In this document: positions 9,863 to 17,230 of the stretch, in pieces
Numbering within the stretch: position 1 is the first letter of the stretch
Layout: every line of letters starts with the position of its first letter
NCBI RefSeq assembly: GCF_000010625.1
Contig: NC_010296.1
Coordinates: forward strand, 3,120,001 to 3,152,000
Direction of reading: 5' to 3'
DNA: 32,000 bases
From: Microcystis aeruginosa NIES-843
Lineage (GTDB): Bacteria; Cyanobacteriota; Cyanobacteriia; Cyanobacteriales; Microcystaceae
The notes under the pieces: model-generated
What the model was told of the DNA's origin: nothing
Seen by the model: the letters and a program-made list of their open reading frames with translations, nothing else
Database searches by the model: none
Made by a program: the position numbers and the translations under genes

Positions 9863-11002
9863 GTGGTTGCCATTTCAGATCAACAACAGTTAGCCGCTAC
9901 CCACAACCACAGCGATCGAGTGGCGGTATTATTGATGGGATACGGGGAAGTGGAGAGTTATGAGGACTTCGCCAACTATAATGAACAGGCCTTGAATCTG
10001 CTGACGGCTAAGTTCGCTCCCGTACCGACTTGGGTTTATCCTCCCCTAGCGAAATTATTGGCCCTATTTGACCTACACGAATGGCAGCACCAGCATAATC
10101 ACTTTATTTCGCCCCATAACCACATTTTCGAGCATCAAAGACAGGAAATCGAGCGCAATTTACAGGCAAAATGGGGTAATCGGGTGGAGGTATTCAAAGC
10201 GTTTAACTTCTGCGCGCCTTTTTTACCGGCACAGGTGTTAACGGAAATCCGCGAACGGGGATTCGAGAAAATTTTGATCTATCCTCTCCTCGTGGTTGAT
10301 TCTATCTTCACCAGTGGCATTGCCATCGAACAAGTTAACAAAGCTTTAGCTCAGGGACAAACGGGGGAACATTGGGTCAAAGGATTGCGCTACATTCCCT
10401 CGTTTTATAACCAACCCGCTTATATAGAGCTAATGGCGCGGTTAGTGGAGGAAAAAATCGCTGCTGAGGTAGCTAGTAGCTGTCTTCCCTCGCAAATTGG
10501 CATTATTTTAATGAATCACGGTTGTCCCCACGAAGCTAAGGGATTTACGTCGGGAATCGATGAAAGTCAAGCTTTATACGAGTTGGTCCGGGAAAAATTA
10601 ATCTATCGTTATCCCTTGATTTCTGTGGGTTGGTTAAATCACCAAACCCCCTTAATTAAATGGACGCAACCGAATGCAGAGTTAGCGGCGAAGAATTTAA
10701 TCGAATTGGGGGCAAAAGCCTTAATTTTCATGCCGATTGGCTTTGCTACGGAAAATCACGAAACTTTACTGGATGTGGAGCATATTATCGAAGCTTTACG
10801 CCGCAAACACGACCAAGTTAATTATGTGCAGATGGCCTGTGTCAACGATAACCCCGAATTTTGCCAGATGGTCGCCGATTGGGCCGAGGAACATATCGAA
10901 GCTTTACTATCACAAGAGGCTTTATCTGTCAATACTTCTGTAACAATTCCTCACATTCATTCCGATCACCATCATCACCACGGACACCACCACCATCATT
11001 AA
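9863..11002 (+). CDS. ferrochelatase-family (class II chelatase) protein with His-rich C-terminus
   Basis: Ferrochelatase-like blocks are VAVLLMGYGE, IYPLLVVDSIFTSG, LMNHGCPHE and FMPIGFATENHETLLDVE. There is no C-terminal CAB/transmembrane segment. The tail is HIHSDHHHHHGHHHHH. The start is GTG. Confidence 0.7.
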   Translation: MVAISDQQQLAATHNHSDRVAVLLMGYGEVESYEDFANYNEQALNLLTAKFAPVPTWVYPPLAKLLALFDLHEWQHQHNHFISPHNHIFEHQRQEIERNLQAKWGNRVEVFKAFNFCAPFLPAQVLTEIRERGFEKILIYPLLVVDSIFTSGIAIEQVNKALAQGQTGEHWVKGLRYIPSFYNQPAYIELMARLVEEKIAAEVASSCLPSQIGIILMNHGCPHEAKGFTSGIDESQALYELVREKLIYRYPLISVGWLNHQTPLIKWTQPNAELAAKNLIELGAKALIFMPIGFATENHETLLDVEHIIEALRRKHDQVNYVQMACVNDNPEFCQMVADWAEEHIEALLSQEALSVNTSVTIPHIHSDHHHHHGHHHHH

Positions 11003-11090
11003 GCTTGGACAGTGGCAAAGAGGGGCAACGGCGAAAATTAGTCCTACCACTTGTCACTTTTGGAAGTATAATCTATAATTGTGCTTTCCT

Positions 11091-11163
11091 GGGTACGTAG
11101 CTCAATGGATAGAGCATCCGCCTTCTAAGCGGACGGTTGTAGGTTCGATCCCTACCGTACCCG
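11091..11163 (+). tRNA. tRNA-Arg (anticodon UCU)
   Basis: Hand-folded cloverleaf. Acceptor gggtacg/cgtaccc, D arm gctc-aatggata-gagc, anticodon stem tccgc/gcgga with loop cuUCUaa, T arm gtagg-ttcgatc-cctac, discriminator G. No encoded CCA. Confidence 0.9.
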
Positions 11164-11273
11164 TTATTGTTAAGTAGGGATGGGAAATTCTCTCCTCTTG
11201 TCCCGGGGACAATCGCTTTGACGCGGTGAGCGTCGAATTGGGGCAGTTGAGTCCCGTCAGTTGATATTAATTG

Positions 11274-11430
11274 TGTTTAATTTAGTTTGCGATCGAGTTG
11301 AAGCGCAGTCAAGGGAGAAGGCAAAGGCGAATCAGACATACTGCGTCACAATATCTCACGGAATGAGGATATACAGCCTGAGAAGGAGTAAAACAAGAGA
11401 AACTACCTGAAACTCCTTCTTCTGTGCATC
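11274..11430 (+). repeat. cassette-associated conserved repeat, copy a
   Basis: About nine in ten positions match copy b over about 128 bp, judged by eye. It shares the core gacatacYgcgtcacaatMYctcacggaa and the tail cctgaRactccttcttctgtgMatc with copy c. It ends 4 bp before the stop of 11434-11631 (-). Confidence 0.7.
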
Positions 11431-11433
11431 CCT

Positions 11434-11631
11434 CTATTTAATAGTTTGCCCTCTTTGCAATAGCCTTTCTCGTCTCTTTTGACGGGATTCTGTTTCCAGT
11501 TGGGCGAGTATATCGTCTAAAAAAAGATTATAAAGCTCAATCTGGCGGTTAGTTTCCCGTAAGCTTTCAAGACATTGTTTTCTCGTTGCTTCATCGGGAT
11601 AGGAGGTGCGGTAAGTCATCATAAGTTCCAT
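11434..11631 (-). CDS. hypothetical small charged helical protein (65 aa)
   Basis: The ORF overlaps the upstream gene by 13 nt, an arrangement consistent with translational coupling. No family is recognised. Confidence 0.5.
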   Translation of the reverse strand: MELMMTYRTSYPDEATRKQCLESLRETNRQIELYNLFLDDILAQLETESRQKRRERLLQRGQTIK

Positions 11632-11966
11632 TGCCTCTTTACTTCATCAACACTAGCACTAACAGCATCCACATTGGCTGTTCCTTGCAAAATCGCTCTT
11701 TCTAACATCTCTAGCATCGTATTTGAGAGAGTCGGCTGCTCTTGTAAAATTCTCAGCAGGATATTATTAATTCGGGAGTAGGAATTAGTTACCCTCTCTC
11801 TGGCATTAGATAATTCTTCTAATTCTGATAATGTCCGTTCATTTTCCCCATATTCTGTAAAAAGTTGCCATTCCGTTGCCGATGCGTACTCTATCTGATC
11901 CGCTAGTTGACGCAGTAGATCAAAAATGCTCGTTAAGGTTTCCTCCGGTAATGTAGCCATATTCAA
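11619..11966 (-). CDS. hypothetical helical protein (115 aa)
   Basis: First gene of an overlapping two-gene unit. No family is recognised. Confidence 0.5.
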   Translation of the reverse strand: MNMATLPEETLTSIFDLLRQLADQIEYASATEWQLFTEYGENERTLSELEELSNARERVTNSYSRINNILLRILQEQPTLSNTMLEMLERAILQGTANVDAVSASVDEVKRQWNL

Positions 11967-12014
11967 TTATTTCTATTATCCCCAGTCTATAATCTGGTTG
12001 GTACGAGGTAATCC

Positions 12015-12143
12015 TGTTTAATTTAGTTTGCGATCGAGTTGAGGGTCAGTCAAGGGAGAAGGCAAAGGCGAATCAGACATACTGCGTCACAATATCTCAC
12101 GGAATGAGAATAGTTCGCCTGAGAAGCAGTAAAACAGGGGAAA
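12015..12143 (+). repeat. cassette-associated conserved repeat, copy b
   Basis: It starts with the same tgtttaatttagtttgcgatcgagttga as copy a and lacks the 3' tail shared by a and c. It lies downstream of the 3' end of 12210-12527 (-). Confidence 0.7.
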
Positions 12144-12209
12144 GGAAGCGATCGCTAGTGTGAGAGATATATAACTTAAGATTTGTGATGCGATCACGAC
12201 AAAGCAGAA

Positions 12210-12527
12210 TTAATAGTTCCACTGGTTCAGGGAAATGAACTGATTAGCAAGAGGGACGTTAGCCGTTTCCAGATTGGCGATCGCATTGACAATTGCCTTA
12301 AAACTCATTTTCTTTGAGGGATTTGCCTCTTGATAAATTGCCAAAATTCCGGGATGGTGGGAATCCGCAGCATGGAGAAACTGAAAGTCACGGCAGTTAA
12401 GGGTCAACAGGATGCGATCGGCATTTCTAGCATAGTCCAGAACTATGAAATCTGGGTGACTCATCAGACCAGCTTCGTTAACTGTAATTACTTCATGTCC
12501 AGCCTGTCGTAGCAATTTCACCAACAC
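12210..12527 (-). CDS. DUF5615-type PIN-like protein (putative toxin)
   Basis: The pattern …LLRQAGHEVITV…ILLTLNCRDF… is typical of DUF5615 partners of DUF433. The frame stays open upstream (…FLKLLIDEDAQDK) without a canonical start. See findings. Confidence 0.65.
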   Translation of the reverse strand: MLVKLLRQAGHEVITVNEAGLMSHPDFIVLDYARNADRILLTLNCRDFQFLHAADSHHPGILAIYQEANPSKKMSFKAIVNAIANLETANVPLANQFISLNQWNY

Positions 12528-12559
12528 TTTATCTTGGGCATCTTCATCAATGAGTAACT

Positions 12560-12847
12560 TTAGGAACCCAGGGCTACTCCTCTCGCTTCTAGGTAACGAC
12601 GTTCTGCGTCCGCTTCCTGCTGCAACAGTTCTTGATGAGTTTGGCAGTATTCAATTGCTTCGAGAACGGCGGCTAAGGGTAATTCTTTGCTGTCGGCGAC
12701 TTCTTCAGGAGTCATTTTGTTGGCGATCGCATCTGACCAAACAGTGAAAGCTGTCAGCTTGCTGCCTTTGACGTATAGTTGCTGTCGCCAGGAATGAGGA
12801 CGCTTCTCTAAATACTGCCATTGAGTTTTTGCCGCGTTGGTAGTCAT
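12560..12847 (-). CDS. DUF433 domain protein (putative antitoxin)
   Basis: …RPHSWRQQLYVKGSKLTAFTVW…MTPEEVADSKELPLAAVLEAIEYC… matches the DUF433 pattern. It is immediately upstream of the DUF5615 gene. Confidence 0.75.
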   Translation of the reverse strand: MTTNAAKTQWQYLEKRPHSWRQQLYVKGSKLTAFTVWSDAIANKMTPEEVADSKELPLAAVLEAIEYCQTHQELLQQEADAERRYLEARGVALGS

Positions 12848-13001
12848 GCTGATGTCTTGATGAAAGCTGGTATCCCTAGTTTATCAGCTACAGAAGCAGC
12901 GCACCGTCGAAGGCGGCTCTCTTCGAGATCGCGCTAACCCAATGTTGTTTGGTGTTGTAACCCAATCGGATTCACAATAATTCTATCTTCCTGTTTTTTA
13001 A

Positions 13002-15077
13002 CCCACATTCCGCACCCTCAACTGTCACATAAGCTGTCCCCCGCCAGAGACTTGAGTAAAAATACCTAGCTGGTGAAGGTTTTCTCGGTGGCCGCTAGGG
13101 GGGTCTTGAGACCCCTAATTATGAAAAAATAGGAATTGTTGGAAAACTGAGGCGAGTGGACTGTTCGACCATGAATCAATCAACAGAAATTGAAGTCAAA
13201 AATCTAGACCATCTGGGATTAGTAGCCGGAATTATCGATGAAATAGGAATCGTTGAAATTATCAACGAACAAGTCTCAATTGAGCGAGGAGAAATTGTCA
13301 CAGCTGGGCAAGTCGTGAAAGCAATTATCCTGAATGGATTGGGATTTGTCTCCCGAGCCTTGTATTTATTTCCTCAATTTTTTGAAGATAAAGCAACCGA
13401 ACATTTGCTGGGAGAGGGCATCGAACCAAAACACCTGAATGATGATAAAATTGGTCGAGTAATGGACAAACTTTATCAACTTAATGTTTCGGTCATTTTC
13501 CTACGGATTAGTTTAGCGGCCGTGAAAAAATTTGGTGTAGCAACCGAGAACTCCCATTTAGATTCGACTTCTCTATCAGTAGAAGGAGAATATAACAAGG
13601 AATACCCAACAGTAGAAATCCTGAAATCAGGAGCAGTGGGAGAAGAAATTGAAACCAGACAACAGCCAATAAAAATTACCTACGGATACTCCCGCGACCG
13701 AAGACCTGACTTAAAACAATTTATGATTGACTTAATCGTAAGTGGGGATGGAGATGTACCTTTATTCCTGAAAGTAGGGGACGGAAATGAAGCGGACAAA
13801 GCGGTTTTTGGTCAAATCGCCCGAGAATTTAAAAAACAAGTTGACTTTGACAGTTTAATAGTCGGCGATAGCGCCCTCTATAGCAAAGAGAATTTAAAAC
13901 TAATGAAAGAAATGCGTTGGTTGTCTCGAGTACCATTAAGCATTAAAGAGGCTCAAGAGTTGGTTGATAGCATCTCAGAAAAAGAGTTAACCGATTCAGA
14001 AATACCGGGTTATTCCTGGCGGGAAACCATCTCTAACTATGGGGGGATAGAACAAAGATGGTTGCTAGTTGAAAGTCAAGCTAGACAAGAATCAGACTTG
14101 AAAAAATTAGAGAAAAAAATCGAGCAGGAAAAGAATTCTGCCCAAGAAAAAATCCGGCAACTATCCCGAAGAGAATTTGAGAATAGAGCGGTGGCGTTGG
14201 CGATAGCCAAAGGATTATCTGACTCCTTAAAATCTCATCAGTTAACGGAGATTAAAGTCAATCTCATTCCGCCTGAGTCCCAGGGGTCAAAACTCAAATC
14301 AAAAGACGATTTACCCTCTCAAAGCTATCAAGTTCAAGCCGAATTAGAGTTGAATTTGACCGCCATTGAGAGGCTAAAGAAACGAGCAGGACGATTCGTT
14401 TTAGCAACTAACGATTTGGAGAAACAACGATTAAGCAGTGAGGATATACTCAAAAAATATAAAGGGCAACAAGCTCCGGAAAGAGGATTTTCTTTTCTCA
14501 AAGACCCCTGCTTTTTTGCCCACAGTGTCTTTCTCAAATCTCCCCATAGAATCGAGGTCATGGCCATGCTCATGGGCTTGTGCCTGCTGGTTTATACTAT
14601 TGGTCAAAGACAACTTCGTTTAAGTTTAAAACAGCAGGAGACGGGACTGAAAAATCCGTTGGGTAAGTTAACTGACCGACCGACGTTACGCTGGATATTT
14701 CAGGGCTTTCAAGGGATTCATCTCGTCCGTATTCAAGACAATCAAAAGATTAGCAACTTAACGGATGAGAGGCGCAACATTTTGAGATTTTTTCCCAAAC
14801 CTTGCCAGGAATATTATCTCTTATCTTGACCAGATGGATTGACTTCAAGGGGTGACAAAACAAAGCGAGCAACTGGAACATCTCCCCCTAGATGTTAAGT
14901 CTGATTGCCTAGTCATTCTCAACAAGCACTGTTTATTGAGAATGACCGGGGGAACTCTGAAATTTTCGGCTTAGTTGCCGGCAGCTTGCCGCCAACTCAC
15001 TCCTCTAGATAAGTATTTTGACTCGCGCCCCTTCCTCTTTTGAGACGTTGTGACACTTAGGGTGCGGAATGTGGGTT
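13002..15077 (+). mobile_element. IS1634-family (IS4-like) element, copy B, intact
   Basis: Imperfect terminal inverted repeats are cccacattccgcaccctcaactgtcaca (left) and tgtgacacttagggtgcggaatgtggg(tt) (right). It contains a full 557-aa transposase ORF. Boundaries are good to about 2 bp. No target duplication is recognisable. Confidence 0.9.
13156..14829 (+). CDS. IS1634-family transposase
   Basis: Uninterrupted 557-aa ORF; the likely true start is the ATG at 13171 (MNQSTEIEV…). The N-terminal NLDHLGLVAGIIDEIG pattern is typical of this family. Confidence 0.9.
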   Translation: MDCSTMNQSTEIEVKNLDHLGLVAGIIDEIGIVEIINEQVSIERGEIVTAGQVVKAIILNGLGFVSRALYLFPQFFEDKATEHLLGEGIEPKHLNDDKIGRVMDKLYQLNVSVIFLRISLAAVKKFGVATENSHLDSTSLSVEGEYNKEYPTVEILKSGAVGEEIETRQQPIKITYGYSRDRRPDLKQFMIDLIVSGDGDVPLFLKVGDGNEADKAVFGQIAREFKKQVDFDSLIVGDSALYSKENLKLMKEMRWLSRVPLSIKEAQELVDSISEKELTDSEIPGYSWRETISNYGGIEQRWLLVESQARQESDLKKLEKKIEQEKNSAQEKIRQLSRREFENRAVALAIAKGLSDSLKSHQLTEIKVNLIPPESQGSKLKSKDDLPSQSYQVQAELELNLTAIERLKKRAGRFVLATNDLEKQRLSSEDILKKYKGQQAPERGFSFLKDPCFFAHSVFLKSPHRIEVMAMLMGLCLLVYTIGQRQLRLSLKQQETGLKNPLGKLTDRPTLRWIFQGFQGIHLVRIQDNQKISNLTDERRNILRFFPKPCQEYYLLS

Positions 15078-15319
15078 CTAACCTCAGCAAGATCATAATT
15101 CATCTGGAGGCGCAGCCAGAAAGCAGGGGTGCTACCGATTGTCTTTGACAAACGCACAGCCATTTCCGGGGAAATCCCCGCCTTGCCATTGATTAGGTTA
15201 GATAGTCTAGAGCGTGACACGTTCAGCATTTTTGCCGCAGCTGTAACGGTCAATTCAAGCTCTTCAATCGAACTTTTGACAATTCTGCCCGGATGTACGG
15301 GATTTTTCAGGGTCATCAT
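15005..15319 (-). CDS. higA: HigA-type XRE-HTH antitoxin, native 3' end replaced by the IS1634 terminus
   Basis: KNPVHPGRIV…LTVTAAAKMLNVSRSRLSNLINGKAGISPEMAVRLSKTIGSTPAFWLRLQMNYDLAEV is HigA-like. Codons after …AEVR (below 15077) are read from the IS inverted repeat. Confidence 0.75.
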   Translation of the reverse strand: MMTLKNPVHPGRIVKSSIEELELTVTAAAKMLNVSRSRLSNLINGKAGISPEMAVRLSKTIGSTPAFWLRLQMNYDLAEVRTHIPHPKCHNVSKEEGARVKILI

Positions 15320-15329
15320 GTTTTTTCCC

Positions 15330-15389
15330 TCAATGATAATCTACAAGGTCAATGTCGAGAGCGTTTCCATCTTCACCCATCACCCATCC
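15330..15389 (-). pseudogene. remnant of higB (RelE/ParE-superfamily toxin), last ~19 codons only
   Basis: The minus-strand reading GWVMGEDGNALDIDLVDYH* ends 10 nt before the higA start. …DG.A.D….DYH is the characteristic HigB C-terminus. An in-frame stop lies immediately upstream (15392-15390). Confidence 0.5.
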
Positions 15390-15545
15390 TCAAAATCCCC
15401 AAATCACTGAAAATCCTGATGCTGACAAGGAAGTAGTGCAGATACCAGCGTAAGCCATGAGGGAGAGGAATGTAAAGATTTATTAAATATAGAGAAATTG
15501 CGGCATGAGATATGATCGATATGGTTGCCTATTAGTCTAAGTCAA

Positions 15546-15782
15546 ATGAACATTGAACAAGTTATCATTAAAAACCTAAGAAAACTTCCCTTAGAAAAAC
15601 AACAAGAAGTGTTATCCTTCACCGAATCTCTCACCTCAAGAATTTCCCTCCCTTCCCCAGATTATAGTCTTACTCCCCAGGAAAAAGCTCAAAAATGGCA
15701 GAAAGTAATCGCTAAACTTCCTAAAACAAGTGCGAATTTACCTGATGAAGCTTTACACCGTGACACTATGTATGAAGACTAA
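15546..15782 (+). CDS. DUF2281-like antitoxin (VapB position)
   Basis: MNIEQVIIKNLRKLPLEKQQEVLSFTESL. Its stop overlaps the start of the PIN gene (TAATG). The track ORF begins at an upstream TTG (15525). Confidence 0.65.
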   Translation: MNIEQVIIKNLRKLPLEKQQEVLSFTESLTSRISLPSPDYSLTPQEKAQKWQKVIAKLPKTSANLPDEALHRDTMYED

Positions 15783-16234
15783 TGACTCAATATTTACTGG
15801 ATACTAATATTTTGCTTCGGGCAGCTGATACGTCTTCAGCAACTTATTCTCTTGCTAATAATGTAATTACTCAAATCGTTGAAACAGCTAATGAATGTGT
15901 TATTATTCCTCAAGTTTTAATTGAATTTTGGGTCGTTGCAACCCGACCCCTTGATGTTAATGGTTTAGGTTGGATTCCAGCACAAGCTACAAATTATGTC
16001 AATGATTTATTAGATAACTTTACATTAATTGCAGAAACGCCGGATATTTTTCCCCTTTGGTTTCAATTAGTCACCATCTACAACATTAAAGGAAAACGCA
16101 CTCATGATATTAGGCTTCTTGCTGTTATGAAAGCTTCTAACATTACCCATTTATTAACCTTTAATCCTGATGACTTTATCCCTATTCCCAATATTACCAT
16201 CGTTCATCCTCAAGATTTCATTAATTCCCAATAA
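15782..16234 (+). CDS. vapC: PIN-domain ribonuclease toxin
   Basis: The N-terminal YLLDTNILLR motif carries the first PIN acidic residue. The length (150 aa) and coupling to a small upstream antitoxin also fit. Confidence 0.8.
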   Translation: MTQYLLDTNILLRAADTSSATYSLANNVITQIVETANECVIIPQVLIEFWVVATRPLDVNGLGWIPAQATNYVNDLLDNFTLIAETPDIFPLWFQLVTIYNIKGKRTHDIRLLAVMKASNITHLLTFNPDDFIPIPNITIVHPQDFINSQ

Positions 16235-16236
16235 TT

Positions 16237-16344
16237 AGGCAGCAAATCCGACATACCGCGTCACAATCCCTCACGGAAGTGGATAGTTAACCTGAAAAGG
16301 GGAAAAACAGGGAAAAACACCTGAGACTCCTTCTTCTGTGAATC
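16237..16344 (+). repeat. cassette-associated conserved repeat, copy c (3' two-thirds only)
   Basis: It shares the core and 3' tail with copy a. It starts 3 bp after the vapC stop and ends about 50 bp before the stop of 16395-16658 (-). Confidence 0.65.
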
Positions 16345-16394
16345 ACTGTCTTATGGCGAAAGGAGAAACAGCAGTCTAGAAAAGAGTTCTGGTA

Positions 16395-16658
16395 TTATTT
16401 ATAGACATCGCCGCGAGGTTTAATAGTTGTAATGACGTATAGATTGTTGTCTCTATCTTCAAAAAACAACACTCGATACTTACCTACTCGCAATCTTAGT
16501 TCATCTCTTCCGTAAAGGGGTTTAATATCTAATTTTGTAGAATCCGAAATCAAAGTATCCAAAGCTTCAAGAAGACGAATTTGATCATTTTTAGGCATCC
16601 TTTCTAAGGAGCGTTCTGCTTGTCTAAGTAGAATATAATCAGCCAAGTTTATCTCCAA
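16395..16658 (-). CDS. RelE/ParE-family toxin
   Basis: …LRLRVGKYRVLFFEDRDNNLYVITTIKPRGDVYK is the RelE/StbE C-terminal pattern. It overlaps the upstream antitoxin ORF. Confidence 0.8.
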   Translation of the reverse strand: MEINLADYILLRQAERSLERMPKNDQIRLLEALDTLISDSTKLDIKPLYGRDELRLRVGKYRVLFFEDRDNNLYVITTIKPRGDVYK

Positions 16659-16884
16659 ATAATTTGTATTTTAATTCTGTTGAAGTGATTCCAGTATCTC
16701 GACCGGATAAATAATCTTGCCATGCTGCTTGGCTTTCAGCAAGTTCTTCGGCTGGAATGATCTCATCGTCATCTTTTGGCGCTACGGTCGGCTTGATGAT
16801 AGTTTTTAAATCCTCTAAAAGTCGCAACTTATCCGTAAGGGGAAGATTCTCTATTTGGCTGAGGATTTCATAGTAAGTTGTCAT
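16639..16884 (-). CDS. antitoxin partner of the RelE/ParE toxin
   Basis: MTTYYEILSQIENLPLTDKLRLLEDL…, an acidic small protein overlapping the toxin start. The track ORF extends to 16932, but the ATG at 16884 is the more plausible start. Confidence 0.6.
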   Translation of the reverse strand: MTTYYEILSQIENLPLTDKLRLLEDLKTIIKPTVAPKDDDEIIPAEELAESQAAWQDYLSGRDTGITSTELKYKLFGDKLG

Positions 16885-17060
16885 AGACCTTGATCGTATC
16901 AGATAATCCGAACACACCTCAAATAATACCACATCCAGATACTAACCAAAAATGGTAAAAGCGGTGGGCTGTTCACAACCGACTTGGTTCTGCGGTTTCT
17001 TTATCGGGATTAAGAGAGAAATATAAAAATTTATTAAATTGTATCAAAAAATACAATTGT

Positions 17061-17074
17061 GGGGGGGGGGGGGG
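17061..17074. repeat. G14 homopolymer tract
   Basis: Counted directly: 14 consecutive G at 17061-17074. An 8-bp perfect palindrome arm pair aattgtat/atacaatt (17039-17059) lies immediately before it. Confidence 0.95.
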
Positions 17075-17230
17075 AATGTGTATTGTTGTCTTTGCTGACC
17101 CTTTAGGGTTAGGTAAAACTGCTGGTTAACTTGGCTGCTAGAAAAGCGATCGTATCAATTTACTCTTTGCCAACTTTGCCAAAAAGCAGTTAAATCCCAC
17201 TAACAACTTCAATGTCTTGAGGCATCTATC

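Noticed and set aside
10737-11100. ORFs 10737-10943 and 10861-11100 overlapping the chelatase gene and running into the tRNA
   Set aside because: They are alternative frames of a well-supported CDS and of the tRNA leader, with no independent support.
3614-15077. Composite transposon formed by the two inverted IS1634 copies
   Set aside because: No direct target duplication lies at the outer ends (…aaatcat / ctaacc…) and copy A is heavily disrupted. Only the weaker statement, a recombination substrate or possible inversion, is retained.
11274-16344. Reading the three conserved repeats as integron attC sites (chromosomal cassette array)
   Set aside because: I could not find canonical R''/R' core sites (RYYYAAC / GTTRRRY) on either strand, and there is no intI-like integrase or attI in the window. 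The cassette-like layout is kept as a finding, but the integron label is not supported.
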